Assembly (NCBI RefSeq): GCF_009914755.1
Contig: NC_060925.1
Source: the human T2T-CHM13v2.0 reference genome, Homo sapiens
Strand: one strand, 5' to 3'
Length of the DNA stretch: 64,000 nucleotides
Position numbers and translations under genes: made by a program. Below are positions 17,013-43,230 of this stretch, piece by piece. The stretch's first letter is position 1; each line of letters starts with the position of its first letter. The notes beneath the pieces were generated by a model. It was not told where the DNA came from, made no database searches, and was given only the letters and a program-made list of their open reading frames with translations.

Positions 17013-17412
17013 TGTATTAGTCCATTCTCGTGTTGCTAAAAATAAATACCTGAGGCTGGGTAATTTATTTAAAAAAGAGGTTTAATCAGCTCATGGTTCT
17101 GCAGGCTGTATAGGAAGTGTGATACTGGCATCTCACTCTGGTGAGGGCCTCAGGAAACTTTCAGTCATGGTGGAAGGTGAAAGGGGAGCAGGCATTTCAT
17201 GTGGTGAGAGCCAGAGCAAGAAGTGGGAGAGGTGTCACATTCTTTTAAACAACCAAATCTCACCAAAACTCAGAGCAAGAACTCATTATCATGAGGATAG
17301 CACCAAGATTCATTCATCATGACCGAAACACCTCCCACCAGGCCCCACCTCCAATGCTGGGGGCCACATTTCAACTTGAGGTTTGTGGGGGACAAGCATC
17401 CAAACTATATCA
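17013..17412. mobile_element. MST-type MaLR solo LTR
   Basis: TG...CA termini. tgtattagtccattctcg...ctcatggttctgcaggctgta...acacctcccaccaggccccacctccaa...atccaaactatatca. Confidence 0.88.
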
Positions 17413-17575
17413 AGACTATAAGCTACATTGTGATCGATTCTATGTTTATATCACATCAGTGCAAAATTGAGTATGGAGAAGGTAACAACTGATTCTTTGC
17501 TAAATCCAAACATGCTTAATTTGGCTTTTTAAAATTTATGTATTTATGTATTTATTTATTTATTTTTTGTCATAG

Positions 17576-17689
17576 AGGTCATTAGAACATGAGGAAACCA
17601 ATATGCCTACTATGCACGACCTTGTTCATACTATTAATGACCAGTCTCAATATATTCATCATTTAGAGGCAGAAGTTAAGTTCTGCAAG
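17576..17689 (+). CDS. SDCCAG8: SDCCAG8 coding exon 4 (114 nt, phase 0-0)
   Basis: Acceptor ttttgtcatAG|, donor AAG|GTAAGT. Encodes RSLEHEETNMPTMHDLVHTINDQSQYIHHLEAEVKFCK. Confidence 0.97.
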
Positions 17690-18778
17690 GTAAGTTTCTC
17701 ATTAAGAATTTAAAACTAAATAAATGAAAGCTTATATTAACTATAGATTGTATTAAAATTTGCTGCTATAAATCTTCATGTTTGTAGCAATACATTGACA
17801 ATTGCTATTCTTACGTGATTGAGAGACTGATGTGTCACAAGAGCTTGTCAGACTTGGGAATGATGCTCTTGACCATACCATTTCTGATTGCTTGATTTCC
17901 CAGTAGTTCATTACTATGTCTAATGATTTCATAATATGCTTTCATATTTCAGAAGTTTTCCTTCTCACCCCGCTTGCTGTAGCCCAGCAAATGGCAAATG
18001 CTTTGGAATACAAATACCAATCATTCTCCCATACTTGTCAACCTACTGGAGCAGTGGTACAGCAATCAGGGATTCTAAACTGGTAGACCAATTCTTCTCC
18101 GCTGTCAGTATTAAGGCTCTTACTTTGACTTTGAATGAGAATGGTTCATAGGGTACTGACAGTAATGATCAAGAAACCAAACACATCATATATAGCTTAT
18201 GACACTAGAAGGTTATATGCTCAACTGCGTGCAGTTTGCTAATGTCATTAATGCTAATAGAGCCTTTTCATCTTCCCGAAGTATGTCGTGTTTTACTTTT
18301 TTTTTTCTGTTTCTTTCTCTCTTTCTTTCTTTCCCTCCCTCTTTCTTTCTTTCTAGTATCAGTGTATTCGATTGTATGATATTTTTATAGGAATCACTGA
18401 TATCTCTTGTATCATGTTTTTATATATAGTATATGATATTATGTATTATATTGTTGACATTTTAAGATGCAAGGCCAGTATGTAACTTAAGGAGGCTTTA
18501 GATGTTTCACTGTCCTGATTTTACCGGGGAGTTTCTGATCTTAACATGTAATTTCCTGTTTGTTCTTGGAGGACACAGTTATTAATATACACGTGGTCCT
18601 GGATTACCAGTAAAGCTGAAATAATATCCTAGGAACTATTTCATTAACAAGACTCTATTAATCCCTAAGATGTTGTGGATAAAACTTGAAAGATATAAAG
18701 CAGAATAAATTTACTATCTAGTTGAGAAGACAGAACTATTCCCTATTAACACCATAAGGAGCACATTAGAGAACATAG

Positions 18779-19195
<417 letters not shown>

Positions 19196-21245
19196 TAAAC
19201 CAGTCTTAAAGGAATAGGATCATTTAGATCAGCAGAAGGGAGATGAGTTTCATAAAGAGAATGGCAACAGTGAAACACAGTATTCAGGATGAATATGGTT
19301 TGTGGGGGCCATAAGCCATCTACTTTATCTTCCTGCAGTGGAGAATGTCTCATAGAAATAATGAAAGTAATCCTGAACTGGTAAAATGGAAGATTACGGA
19401 AGCCTTGACTGTCAGACAGAGTGTAAATTTGATACATTTTAGTAAGAGAAGAATAGAATTAAAATAATGTTTAAGTGGTTTAGAAAGATTTTGTTTATTT
19501 AGTTAATGGACTTTATTTTTTAGATCAGTTTTAGGTTTATAGAAAGGTTGAATGGCAAACACATAGAGTCCTGTATCCTCCTTTCAGTGACATCCCTCAC
19601 CTAATAGTTTCCCTTGTTATTAACATCTTGCATCAGTGTGGCACATTTGTTACAACTGATGAACCACTATTGTTAAATTATTATTATCTAAGTCTCTCAG
19701 TTTGCATTAGCTTTGTGTTATACATTCTACGAATTTGACAAGTGTATAATGACATATATCCACCATTACAGTATCATACAGAATAGTTTCACTGTCTGAA
19801 ACATCCTCTTGCGCTTCACTTATTCATCCCTCTTCCCCTCCGCCCCTTCCCTCCCATCCCCTGGCAACCATTGATCTTTTTACTCTCTCCATAGTTTTGA
19901 CTTGCAGAATGTCATATACTTGGAATTATTCTGTATATAGCCTTTTCTGACTGGCCTATTATACTTAGTAATATGAATTCAAGTTTCCTCCTTGTCTTTT
20001 CATAACTTGATAGCTCATTTCTTTTTATTATTAAGTAGTATTCAATTAGATGAATATACCATAGCTTTTTTATCTGTGCACCTATGGGAGGGCATCTTTG
20101 TTGCTTCCAAGTTTTGGCAATTGCGAATAAAGCTACTGTAAGCATTTGTGTGTCAGTTTTTGTGTGGACATCTGTTTTTACCTCTTTAAAGTAAATACCA
20201 AGAAGCTCAATTTCTGCATCATATGGTAAGACTAATTTTAACTTTGCAAGAAATTGCCTAACTTTTCTAAAGTGGTTGTACCGTTATGCATTATGCAGTA
20301 AATGAGAGTTCCTAATACTCCATATCCTCATTAGCATTTGGTGTTGTCAGTGTTTTAGATTTTAGCTGTTCTAATAGATGTGTAGTGGAACCTCATTGCT
20401 GTTTTAATTTCAATTCCCTGATCACAAATGATGCTGAGCATCTTTTCCTATGCCTATATTCCACCTATGTAACATCTTTGAGTGAGGTGTCTGTTCAGGT
20501 CGTTCACCCATTTTTAAAATCAGGTTATTCGTTTTCTTAGTGTTGAGTTTCAACAATTCTTTCTGTATTTTGGATGCCAGTCCTTTATCAGATATGTCTT
20601 TTTCAAGTATTTTCTCCCAGTCTTTGACTTGGCATTTACTTCTCTTAACAGTATCTTTCAATGAGCAGAAATTTTTAATTTTAATGAAGTTTAACTTACC
20701 AATTTTTTTCTTTCATAGATTGTACTTTTAACTTTGTGTTTAAAAATTTATTACCAAATCCAGGTTCACTATATTTTCTCCTTTCTTCTTCTAGTATTTT
20801 ATAATTGTTTATTTTACATTTAGATCATGTTTGAAGGATAGTTGTCCATATTTTTGGGTCTATTTCTGGGCTTTCCTGTTCCATTGATTAACTTGTCAAT
20901 TCTTTGGCCACTATCACTCTATCTTGATTACTGTAGCTTTACATTAAGTCTTGAAGTTGGGTAATATCAGTACTCTAATTTTGTTCTTTTTCAATATTGT
21001 GATGAGTATTCTGGGACTTTTGCATCTCCCTGTAAACTTTAGAATCAGTTTGTCGATATCCACAAAATAGGATTTGGATTGGAATTGTGTTGGATCTATT
21101 GATCAAGTTGGGAATAACTGGCATTTTGATACTATTGAGTATCCCTATCCATGAACATGGAATATCTCTATTTACTTAGATCTTCTTTGATTTCTTTAAT
21201 CAGTGTTGTGGTTTTCCTCAAATAGATCTTCTACAAATTTTGTGA

Positions 21246-28210
<6,965 letters not shown>

Positions 28211-29304
28211 CTGGAATTTTTAACTCTCAAACTTGCTGACACTGAGCTTCCAGCAAGTCATCAATTATGATTTAGATTTTCTACCTCCTACAGAGGTTTC
28301 TGATTTCCTCCTGTAAATTCTGTGTCTCAGCGTCCACCCATCTCTTCAGTTTTGGGGCAGCAGTTTTCCCTATGACTTCATTTCTCTGATGGATCTAAGA
28401 AGAGTTGTTGATTTTCAGTTTGTTCAACATTTTTCCTGTTGGGAAGATGGGAGTGAGGTGTTCCAAGCTCATTACATTCCAGACTGAAAATTCAAAGTCC
28501 ACAATATTTTTTAAATTACAGCTTTTTATTATAGCTTTGGGTTTTTAAAAAATAATAATTGAGAGGAATTTTCACATGTTGTACAATAGCTTTTGATTGC
28601 ACTAGTAGTGAATATTAGGTTAAGTATTATATGATTGATATGTTGATATTATTGAAACGTTTTTCCAGAGACTGAGGTGCCACTCAATAGCTATTCTAAT
28701 GATTGTTGACCTGTAATTTCTTATGTTACATCCTGTAATTTTAATTGTTATTGATTTGTAATTCTTTATATTACACCCTGTGAGGCCAAGGAAATACTCT
28801 TTCACAATTCTCCATGAAATGTTTTACTACAATTCTCTCTTATTTGGCTACCATTTCATAGATAATCATCACTCCCGTCTATGCCTTTCTATCTCAGAGC
28901 CTCCCTCTATTTAATCTTCCATCAGTTTTTAACAAGTTGATGGTATTTGATCATGAGTAATAATATATCTTATTTTTCAGAATCTACTCCATTCTTTAAA
29001 ATCTCTTGGATAACCCTTTTAATTAAGGCTTTTCTTTGAGCCTCGATTCCTTGGAGAAAAGGAAATTGTCAGAAACGACACACTTCTGTGATATGCCACC
29101 AGCAGGCCCATTACTATATACCCCAGCCTTCTCTTTGTTATCTAGCTAATGTTAGGCTGCCTTGTTTGTCTAAACATATAATTATATTTCAGGAAAAGGA
29201 GAACATAAGTCTTCCGTACTTTATATCATGCTGTGCCCTCTAATAATCAACAAATAAAAACACTGCTTAATAATGCTTAATGTGTTTGGTTTTGTTTATT
29301 ATAG

Positions 29305-29430
29305 GAGGAACTCTCTGGAATGAAAAATAAAATACAAGTAGTTGTGCTTGAAAACGAAGGGCTCCAGCAACAGCTAAAATCTCAAAGACAAGAGGAGACA
29401 CTGAGGGAACAAACACTTCTGGATGCATCC
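29305..29430 (+). CDS. SDCCAG8: SDCCAG8 coding exon 5 (126 nt, phase 0-0)
   Basis: Acceptor tttattatAG|, donor TCC|GTGAGC. Encodes EELSGMKNKIQVVVLENEGLQQQLKSQRQEETLREQTLLDAS (overlaps ORF 29320..29526). Confidence 0.97.
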
Positions 29431-29989
29431 GTGAGCATTATTTTAAATCATAAATTTTATTTTAGTGTGAATATTCCCTTCTGCCCTCTCTCCTCGCCTT
29501 CTTCGCTGCTTAGATTTTCTCCCTGAAGTGTGGCCAAAGTACTATGTTGGTATTTGTTTGAGACCTCAAATATCAAACTTCACTGTGGTGGAATGAATCC
29601 TCAGATGAAACAATCTTGTGATATTTTGCTACAGTTTCCTCTCTGAGCATACCGTTTCTGCCTTACCATATGGAAAGAGCCGGTCTGAAAGCAGGAAGTG
29701 TGTTATACAGGAAGGACTTTGCTAAGTCTAGAAACCGTTCAGAACTTTAACTTAGATTTCTGTTGGATTTCTCTAAATTTTCCTTGAGGTCTGAAATCTA
29801 ATAAGTCTAATTAGCTGCATGATGTAGCAGAAAAAATGTTGGCCTTAGGATCCAAGAATCAAAATGTTAGTCTTCCCATTTCCCTAAGAAGGCTGGTGTT
29901 TAGCAAGTAATTTTAGAAGGTTTTACATAGCTTAATCACGTATGTCCTTTATTTCTTTATTGGTAATTTGAGAAGATTAACCTATACCA

Positions 29990-30130
29990 GGAGTTTTCAG
30001 TGCAAATTCCTGGACTCCATCCCCTGTGAGTCTGATTCACTTGGTCTGGTTGGCTTCTAGGAATCTAAACTTTCATCAAGTTGCCTAAGTGATTCTAATG
30101 TCAGTGGCCCAGAGTTTGAAGAACGTTGGG
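29990..30130. mobile_element. MER5-like DNA transposon fragment
   Basis: tgcaaattcctggactccatccc...tctgattcac...aggaatct...agtgattctaatg...tttgaagaac. Confidence 0.55.
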
Positions 30131-31216
30131 TCAGATTATCTCTATAATTCTGTGACAGAGAATTATTGTGGTGACATTTAAATAGTGCTTAAATCTTATG
30201 ACTTATCAGAGTACTTTTGTCTTAAACTTTTTGTAACTGTTTTGCTATAAGATATAGTCACAGCTTGTTCTGCTTTTTGGGACAAATTCAACTTTCCATG
30301 TGGAAGTTTTCATACTTGCCTATTCCAGCTTCACTTTGCAGTTTACTTTGGTGGTTTTGACTTTGTCGTCATTAGTAAATCAGCTGTTAAGAAAACATGA
30401 AAGTCTTGATGTTTCATTGGGATATCCTCTAATTTTCGTTTTTGAAGTTTTTTTTTTTTTTAACTTGAATTGATAGTTGGTTTATAATCCTGGAGTTGTA
30501 TATGTTAGGGTTTGCTATTGAGAAGTATAGGAGTGTATTAACTCTGATAAATGAAGTGGGCTAATTAGTATTTCAGTTTAATTTTCTGCAATTGCATTTA
30601 AGTTTGTGATCAGTTCTTTTCTCCTCACTGTATAACTTTTTCCTGAAGATTTGTATAATTATTAGTGGTAAAAACTCCATCTTAGTTGCTTATGATTTTA
30701 ATGTCAATTTGAGGAAGATATCACCATATAGAAAATACTTAGAAGTAGCTTATTTTAAAAATATTCATTTGCTTTTCTTCCAAACACGTGGTCACTTAGC
30801 AAGCAGTGATTCAATTATTCATAGTCCTCAGTATTTATGTAATGCCAAAGAAGTGGAAGAAGGGGAAGTGAAGTGAGAAAGGAAATTAGGCAGACAAGTG
30901 AATCAGAGGGCAAGAGAAATGAGTAATGCAAAAGGGGAAGGAAATGATGGTCAGAGCACACATGCCTTGCAGCATGAGCAAAGAAAATGTGCTAAACAAA
31001 ACTACAGTCAGAATCATAGAAAGGATAAGGTTTTAGAGAGGTTTTGTTGTTTTTTAAACATTCATGTGAGCTAAATATAATGCAGGTATTGAAATGATTA
31101 CTGCAGATATGCCAGATGACCTTGATATCTATTTTCATGTTAATCTTCTGTTATTTGTTGTTGTTGAATTGTTACCCCCACGTTTTACCTGTGTAAGTGA
31201 ATTGAAATATTTCAAG

Positions 31217-31520
31217 GCCAGATACAGTGTCTTACGCATGTAATTTCAGCAGTTTGGAAGGATGATCACACGAACGGATGGATCACTTGAGCCCAAGAGT
31301 TCCAGACAAGCCTGGGCAACATAGTGAGACCCCATCTCTCTAAAAATAAAAAAAAAATTAGCCGAGCATGCTGATGTACACCTGTGGTCCCAACTACTTT
31401 GGAGACTGAGGTCAGAGGATCCCAGGAGGTCAAGGCTGCAGTAAGCCCTGATCACGCCACTGCACTCCAGCCTGGGCAACAGAGTGAGACCTTGCCTCAA
31501 TAAAAACAAGACAAACAAAA
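31217..31520 (+). mobile_element. AluJ-type
   Basis: Diverged Alu with aggtcaaggctgcagt. Confidence 0.88.
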
Positions 31521-31759
31521 AACCAGACATTTCAATAATACATGCATGGTGCTGTGTTACAAGTTGTAACATGAATAAAAATGTTTAGGATATCTTAAAT
31601 ATAAAAAATCAAGAAATATCTTCTTTTGGGGGGAAGGGGTTTTTGTAATGAGTCAATTAAAATGTTGGTGCTAAATCTTCCCTTGCTATATTGAAGTTTG
31701 CTGATTTCAATATAGATTTTCAGTGTTTCATAATGCCTTTTAAAAAAGATAATTGAGGT

Positions 31760-32523
<764 letters not shown>

Positions 32524-32529
32524 TATAGT

Positions 32530-32790
32530 AATAACTAACATTTATTGATGACTACATGGTTATAATGTGCGAGGCACTGTGTCAAACTATTTACATTATA
32601 TTACTTCAGATTTGCAGTACCCACACAAGGCAGGTGTTATTATCTCTGTTTTCAGAGGAGTAAATTAAGGTACACAGCTGTTAAGTAACCTAAGTAATTG
32701 GCCTAATGTCACAGAGCTAGATAATGGCAAAGCAAGGATTCAAACCCAGGACTATCTAATTCTCTAAATACACCCCGTAGAACCTTAAAT
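32530..32790. mobile_element. MIR
   Basis: ataactaacatttattga...ttattatctctgttttcaga...gtcacagagctag...ggattcaaacccagg. Confidence 0.75.
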
Positions 32791-33499
32791 TATACCGCCT
32801 TTCTGCATAAGTTAGGAAGAGCTTGTCGACATTGAACCAAACCATCTTTGTTTGCAGAGGATAGAAGTTTTCCCTGGCAGAAAAGAGAAGAATCTCCTTT
32901 TTATTGTCTCCTGCTTGTAGCCCTGGACTTTGATGGTAGCCTGTAAGACTTTCAACTTTTGGTCTAGTTTATGACCTAGAAGTTAAAGAAGCAAGCCATT
33001 CAAAGTATATTTCATTCCTGTCCTGATTTTTCATCACTTTGCCTTCTCATAAAATATTTCCTCATGGAAAGCTTTTCTCTAGAGTTCACAAAATCAAAAT
33101 AATACGAAAACATGTTATTTATTCAACATTTTGTCATGTGTCCTTCTTTAAAGATCCAGGAGTTTTTTCTTAAGGAGAAAATTTCTCGGCCAATATTTTT
33201 CACGTTTGTTTTCATCCCCTGTCTTACCACCGCTCCCGCCCCCCGATCCCCTGCCACCCAATTAAGAAATCAAAGGTTTTGAATGATCTTCAAGGATTTA
33301 ACGTACTTAGGTTTTTAAAAACATCTTGGTTAAGTAGCATTCAAGTTTTTTAAAACTATCTGTGAAAGAACAAAATGTCCGTTAGACTAGCAATTCTTTC
33401 CAAAGAATGATAATATTTTATATCATAAGTTAGTGATCTGTGGTCTACATGCTCCCTCCAATTTCTCCATAGAAAATTAGTACCACCCTCCTTCACTGA

Positions 33500-34060
33500 T
33501 CTCAAAAACAACTTTAAATGCAATCATATCTTAGGGGATTTGACTCTACCGAGAGAATCAAGTGCAGACTCATTCCATGGTGTGGTATACTCTCAAGTCC
33601 CTTACTTGATTCTTTAGCTTCATCTTCTGACATTCATCACCTTATGTTTTGACGTCTAGTAATGCTGAATTTTCTGAGACCCCCCTGCAGGCACCATGCT
33701 ATTCCATACCTCTGTGATGTTTATCATGAGGTTCTCTCTTCTTCAAATGCCCTTTCCATCTAGCTTACCCTTACTTATCCTTCAAGATACCACACCAGTG
33801 TCAATTTTTTTCTAGAAAACCTTCCTTGGATTTCTGGGTGCCCTTAGTATCCCTCCTGTGTTTTGGCAGAGGCCCCTGTGCACACCTTTGGCCTAGCACT
33901 CACATTATTAAATTGAAATTACCTGCCTAGGTGTGTGTCTCCCTTATTAGACTGTAAACTCCTTGGAGCTAAGATTGATCTTGCTCATTTTTGTCCTCCA
34001 AGCTCTTAGCACAGTGTCTGAACACCATAGGTGTTACACAAATGTTTGCACTAAACTGAA
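33500..34060. mobile_element. L2 fragment
   Basis: L2 3'-end motifs tccttcaagat...ttagactgtaaactccttg...cttagcacagtgtctg...aaatgtttg. Confidence 0.65.
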
Positions 34061-34674
34061 CTTCCAGAAGAATATAAAATAGACTGTCAGAGTACTACTT
34101 TAGGTGAATGTAGTTTACCACGTTCGAGCATGATGCGACACTGCAGTATGGGTCAGTGTCTGGGGACCTGTCCTGTCTTGTGACTACTACCATATCCTTT
34201 GGCCCTTAGCAAGTGCTCAATAATTATTTGTTGAATTAAATTAATATACGTATTTTAATCCTTCTTGTACACATAAATTCCCCAGATCGTTGGGCTGCTT
34301 ACTACATTGAATGTTGAGAGGGTGACAGAGGTTGCAACTAACAATGGGTACACTAAATTCAACTCAGGCATGTTTGGTTTGTTTGATAAATTTTGAGCCA
34401 GTGTTTAATAGTGTTTCACATGAAGGACCAGATATCTGGTAATATGAATTTTCACTGCCACATGGCAGTGATTGACTGGAATTGAGTAGTGGCTGCTTCC
34501 TTTGGATGGTACACATTTCTGTGGTTTGTCACAGAGCCTACTCTTCTTCCTTTTTGAATCCCTGGCATGCAGGCTGCATGTCAACTCTGTTTATCACCAT
34601 ACATGCACTGTTTCTTTTTACTGAAGATAAATATTTTTCTGGAAAGGCAGAAGATCGTAATAATAAAGGACTTT

Positions 34675-35540
34675 AAAGGAAAAAACTGTTCCTTTTTCTC
34701 ATAATGCTTCTGACACCAAATGTTTGGGTTTGTTTTCTCCTACACCTGGCCATTCTCTGTTTCTCTGTAGATACCAACTAGGTGTCCAGTGATTCAATTC
34801 AATTCTGACACTCACTACACAGTATCAGACCCACAGGTTAAGGGCTCAGTACCACATGACTGCCTGCTACTTTAGATACCAACTGCAAATAGTAGGTCTC
34901 TTGGTTATCCACAATTCTGTCTGATTTGTCTGTAAATTGGGGATTCCTACAATCCCTTCCTAATGTGTGATAATTTGCTATAATGGCTCACAAAATTCAG
35001 GGAAACACTTTGCTTGCTATTACTGGTTTATTATTATATAAAGGATATAAATGAACAGCCAACTGAAAAGGCACGTAGGGCAGGGTCCAGGCTGGTCCCA
35101 AGTAGAAGAGCTTCTGTCTGTGGAGTTTGGGTACACCACCCTCTTGGCATGTGGATGCATTCGCCAACCCAGAAATTCTCTGAACTTCATCATATAGGAT
35201 TTTTATGGAGGTTTTATTACATAGGCATGATTGGTTAAATCAATGGCTGTTGGCGATTAAGTCAATCTCCAGTCCTTTCCCCCCTTGAGGTGGGGGAGTG
35301 GGGCTGTAAGTTCTAGTCTTCTAATCATGGACTGCAGCCACCAGTCATCTTATTAGCATACGAAAGGATACTCTTATCACCATGGAGATCCTAAGGGTCT
35401 TAGAAGCACTTGTGTCAGAAACCCGGGACTAAGACCAAATATTTTAACGAAAGATGCTCCTATCACCCATGTCACTCAGGAAATTACAGGGTTTTAGGAA
35501 TTCTGTGTCAGGAACCAGGGACAGAGACCACATATATATT
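34675..35540. mobile_element. MER21-like ERV LTR
   Basis: cttctgacaccaaatgt...caattcaattctgacact...tcagacccacaggttaagggctcagt...tcactcaggaaattacagggttttagga. Confidence 0.75.
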
Positions 35541-36123
35541 TGGATTCAGATTGACAGGTTTCAGATTCTAGTGCTGCCACTTATTAGCCACTTCCTACCT
35601 CTGTGACCCTCAGCTACTCTATGTGACTCAGTTTCCTCCTGTATAAAATGGAGGCAACAATGAAACCTATCTATCCCATAGAACTGTAATGATTAAATGA
35701 GTTAATATATATGACATACATAAAACAGGGTCTGGAACATAGAAAGCAGCATTTTGATAAAAATTATTATTAGCCATGCATTTATGAAACATGGAACATG
35801 AAAGACAAACTAAGAGAGAGGTGTGTGCTTCAAGAGTATATGTCTTCAGAGGAGTAAAGAATAATTCCATTTGTTGAATGCGCTGAAATCTAGCCCTCTT
35901 TGCCCATATTTAGATTACTGCCTGTACCTGAAGGAATTTTACTTTGCAACACTTGTAGAATATGACCCTAATAGCCTGAAAATGTGAAGTGATTCTTGAC
36001 CTGTAGTGTAGAAGCATATGCTTTTTCTTTTCATCATAGGTAAGAATAGGTATTTTATTTGTAAAATATGCATGTTTATTTAAAGTTGAATTCAGTTGCA
36101 GTTACTGGCACATTTTATTTTAG

Positions 36124-36252
36124 GGAAACATGCACAATTCTTGGATTACAACAGGTGAAGATTCTGGGGTGGGCGAAACCTCCAAAAGACCATTTTCCCA
36201 TGACAATGCAGATTTTGGCAAAGCTGCATCTGCTGGTGAGCAGCTAGAACTG
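36124..36252 (+). CDS. SDCCAG8: SDCCAG8 coding exon 6 (129 nt, phase 0-0)
   Basis: Acceptor attttattttAG|, donor CTG|GTGAGT. Encodes GNMHNSWITTGEDSGVGETSKRPFSHDNADFGKAASAGEQLEL. Confidence 0.97.
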
Positions 36253-36299
36253 GTGAGTATTTGGGTGCTTTTCTCTTATACATCTTTTTTTTCTTTTTC

Positions 36300-37535
36300 T
36301 CTTTTGTACTTTTTTAAAATTCTGGTAAAATATATATAACAAAATTTACCATTATAACCATTTTTAAGCGTACAGTTTATCTGCATTAAGTACATTCATG
36401 TCACTCAATCATAAACATTATCCATTTTCAGAACTTTTTGATCATCTCAAACAAAAAGTCTGGACGTATTAAACAATATCTCCATTCCCCTCCCTGCCAA
36501 CCCCTGATGACCTCTCTTCAACTTTCGGTCTGTATAAATTTGCCTATTTCAGATACTTGACATAAGTGGAATTAAACAATACTTGTCCTTTTGTGTCTGG
36601 CTTATTTCCCTTAGCATAATATTTTCAAGGTTCATTTTGTTGTAGCATGTGTCAAAATTTCAAGACTGAATAATGTTCCATTGTATGTATGTTACCAAAC
36701 TTTATCCATTCATCTATTGACTGATATTGGGGTTGTTTCTATCTTTTGACTGTTATGAATAATTATGCTGTGAACATTGGCATATGAGAATCTGTTTGAA
36801 TCCCTGTTTCAATTATTTTAAGTATATACCCAGAAATAGACTTATTGGATCATATGGTAATTCTTCATTCTTTTTTCTTTCTGCTCCTCAGACTTGATCA
36901 TTTTAATTGTCGTTTCTTAAAGTTCATCAATTCGTTTTTCTACCTGCTCAAATCTGCTCTTGAATACCTTTAATAAATTTTTTATTTCAGTTATTATACT
37001 TTTTAGCTCCAGAATTTCTGTTTGGTTCCTTTTTATAATGTGTTTTCCTGATTTTCTTTAGTTCTTTGTCCATGTTTGTCTCTTGGCTCTTTGAGTGTGT
37101 TTAACACAGTCATTTTAAAGTCTTTCCCCAGTAAGTCTGATGTCTGTGGTTTCTCGAGCGTAGTTTCTGTCAGCTTATCCTGTTCTTTTGAGTGAGCATG
37201 TTTTCCTGTTTCCTTGTATTCCTTGTTATTGTGTTGTTGAAAATTGAGCATTTCCCTATTGTAATGTGATAACTCTGGAAATCTTTAACTCCTTCTTTTC
37301 TAGAATTTGCTGTCTTATTTTACTTTTGAAGGCTGTAATACTCCTTTTGTTTTGAGACATTTCCATACTATTTTTGTGAAGACTATTCCATATCGTGTGA
37401 TTATTGAAGTCTTTGTTCTATTAGCTCATGTTCAGCTAATGTTTGACAGAGATTTCCTTGAATTCCAGGAGCTGAAAACAAACACCCTCCACTCCCCCCA
37501 AAAGGTGGGGGGGGGGGAGAGAGAGAGAGAGAAAG

Positions 37536-37588
<53 letters not shown>

Positions 37589-37810
37589 AACCCACCTCTC
37601 CCAGTCTTTTCAGATTGGGTCTGTGCTGGGACATTCTTTTCCCATTTAACCAGGCTTGCTCTGAGCCTAGGGATCAGCCATAGGTGAAAGCTTACAGTCT
37701 TCTCAGGATGTTTCTGAGTGTGTATCTTTCCTAGGCATACTGTGACTTTCTAAATTCCCCCCCCCCCCCCACAGCTGCCTTTGAACGTCCTAATTTCCCA
37801 AAGCGTCAAA
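36300..37810 (-). mobile_element. Antisense L1 fragments (L1MB-like 3' end joined to an ORF1/5' region)
   Basis: 3' UTR motifs ttttgtgtctggcttattt and ttggatcatatggtaattc. ORF1-like DLLGKDFKMTVLNTLKE in ORF 37033..37251. Confidence 0.7.
37507..37586. repeat. G11 followed by an interrupted (GA)n microsatellite
   Basis: Directly visible purine tract of ~80 bp. Confidence 0.95.
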
Positions 37811-38215
37811 AACAATTCTATTTTAAGACTAAATAATACTTTTCAATCCTTTTATGTATGTAACAGACGTTTATTCTTCTCTTGCTAACCTGAAGTCTTC
37901 TTTGCATTAAATTTGACATGTCAGAGTTGATCAACAATGATGAAAGAGTGAGATTAACACTGTAAATGGAATGTTCCAGGGGAAGATAGAATGAATCATA
38001 GTTCAGGTTCTCATTATTATCCACAGATGATATAGTTTTCTAAAGATTCTTTCTGCCCAGTCACCCTCTCCTGTCTTAGTCCCTAATCCAAGCTTCATTC
38101 TACTTGGGAAAGAGTATCCTTCTTCAAAAAAGAAAATTGGAAAGACTAAGTAAATTGTATCTTTTTTTTCCCTATCTGAATAATTTACAGTAGCTACTTA
38201 ATACCTATAGGATAA

Positions 38216-39369
<1,154 letters not shown>

Positions 39370-39372
39370 TAG

Positions 39373-39898
<526 letters not shown>

Positions 39899-40009
39899 CC
39901 AACTGCTCTTTTTAAGGTCATTAATGACTTCCAGCCATCAGTCCTCATTGCTCTAAACCTAGTAGCAGCTTTGTATAACATGTACATTGGTTGATTATAC
40001 CCTCCTCCT

Positions 40010-43230
<3,221 letters not shown>

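Noticed and set aside
37307-37687. 126-aa ORF with an ERERER tract and its antisense SLSLSL ORF
   Set aside because: Produced by the (GA)n microsatellite inside an L1 fragment.
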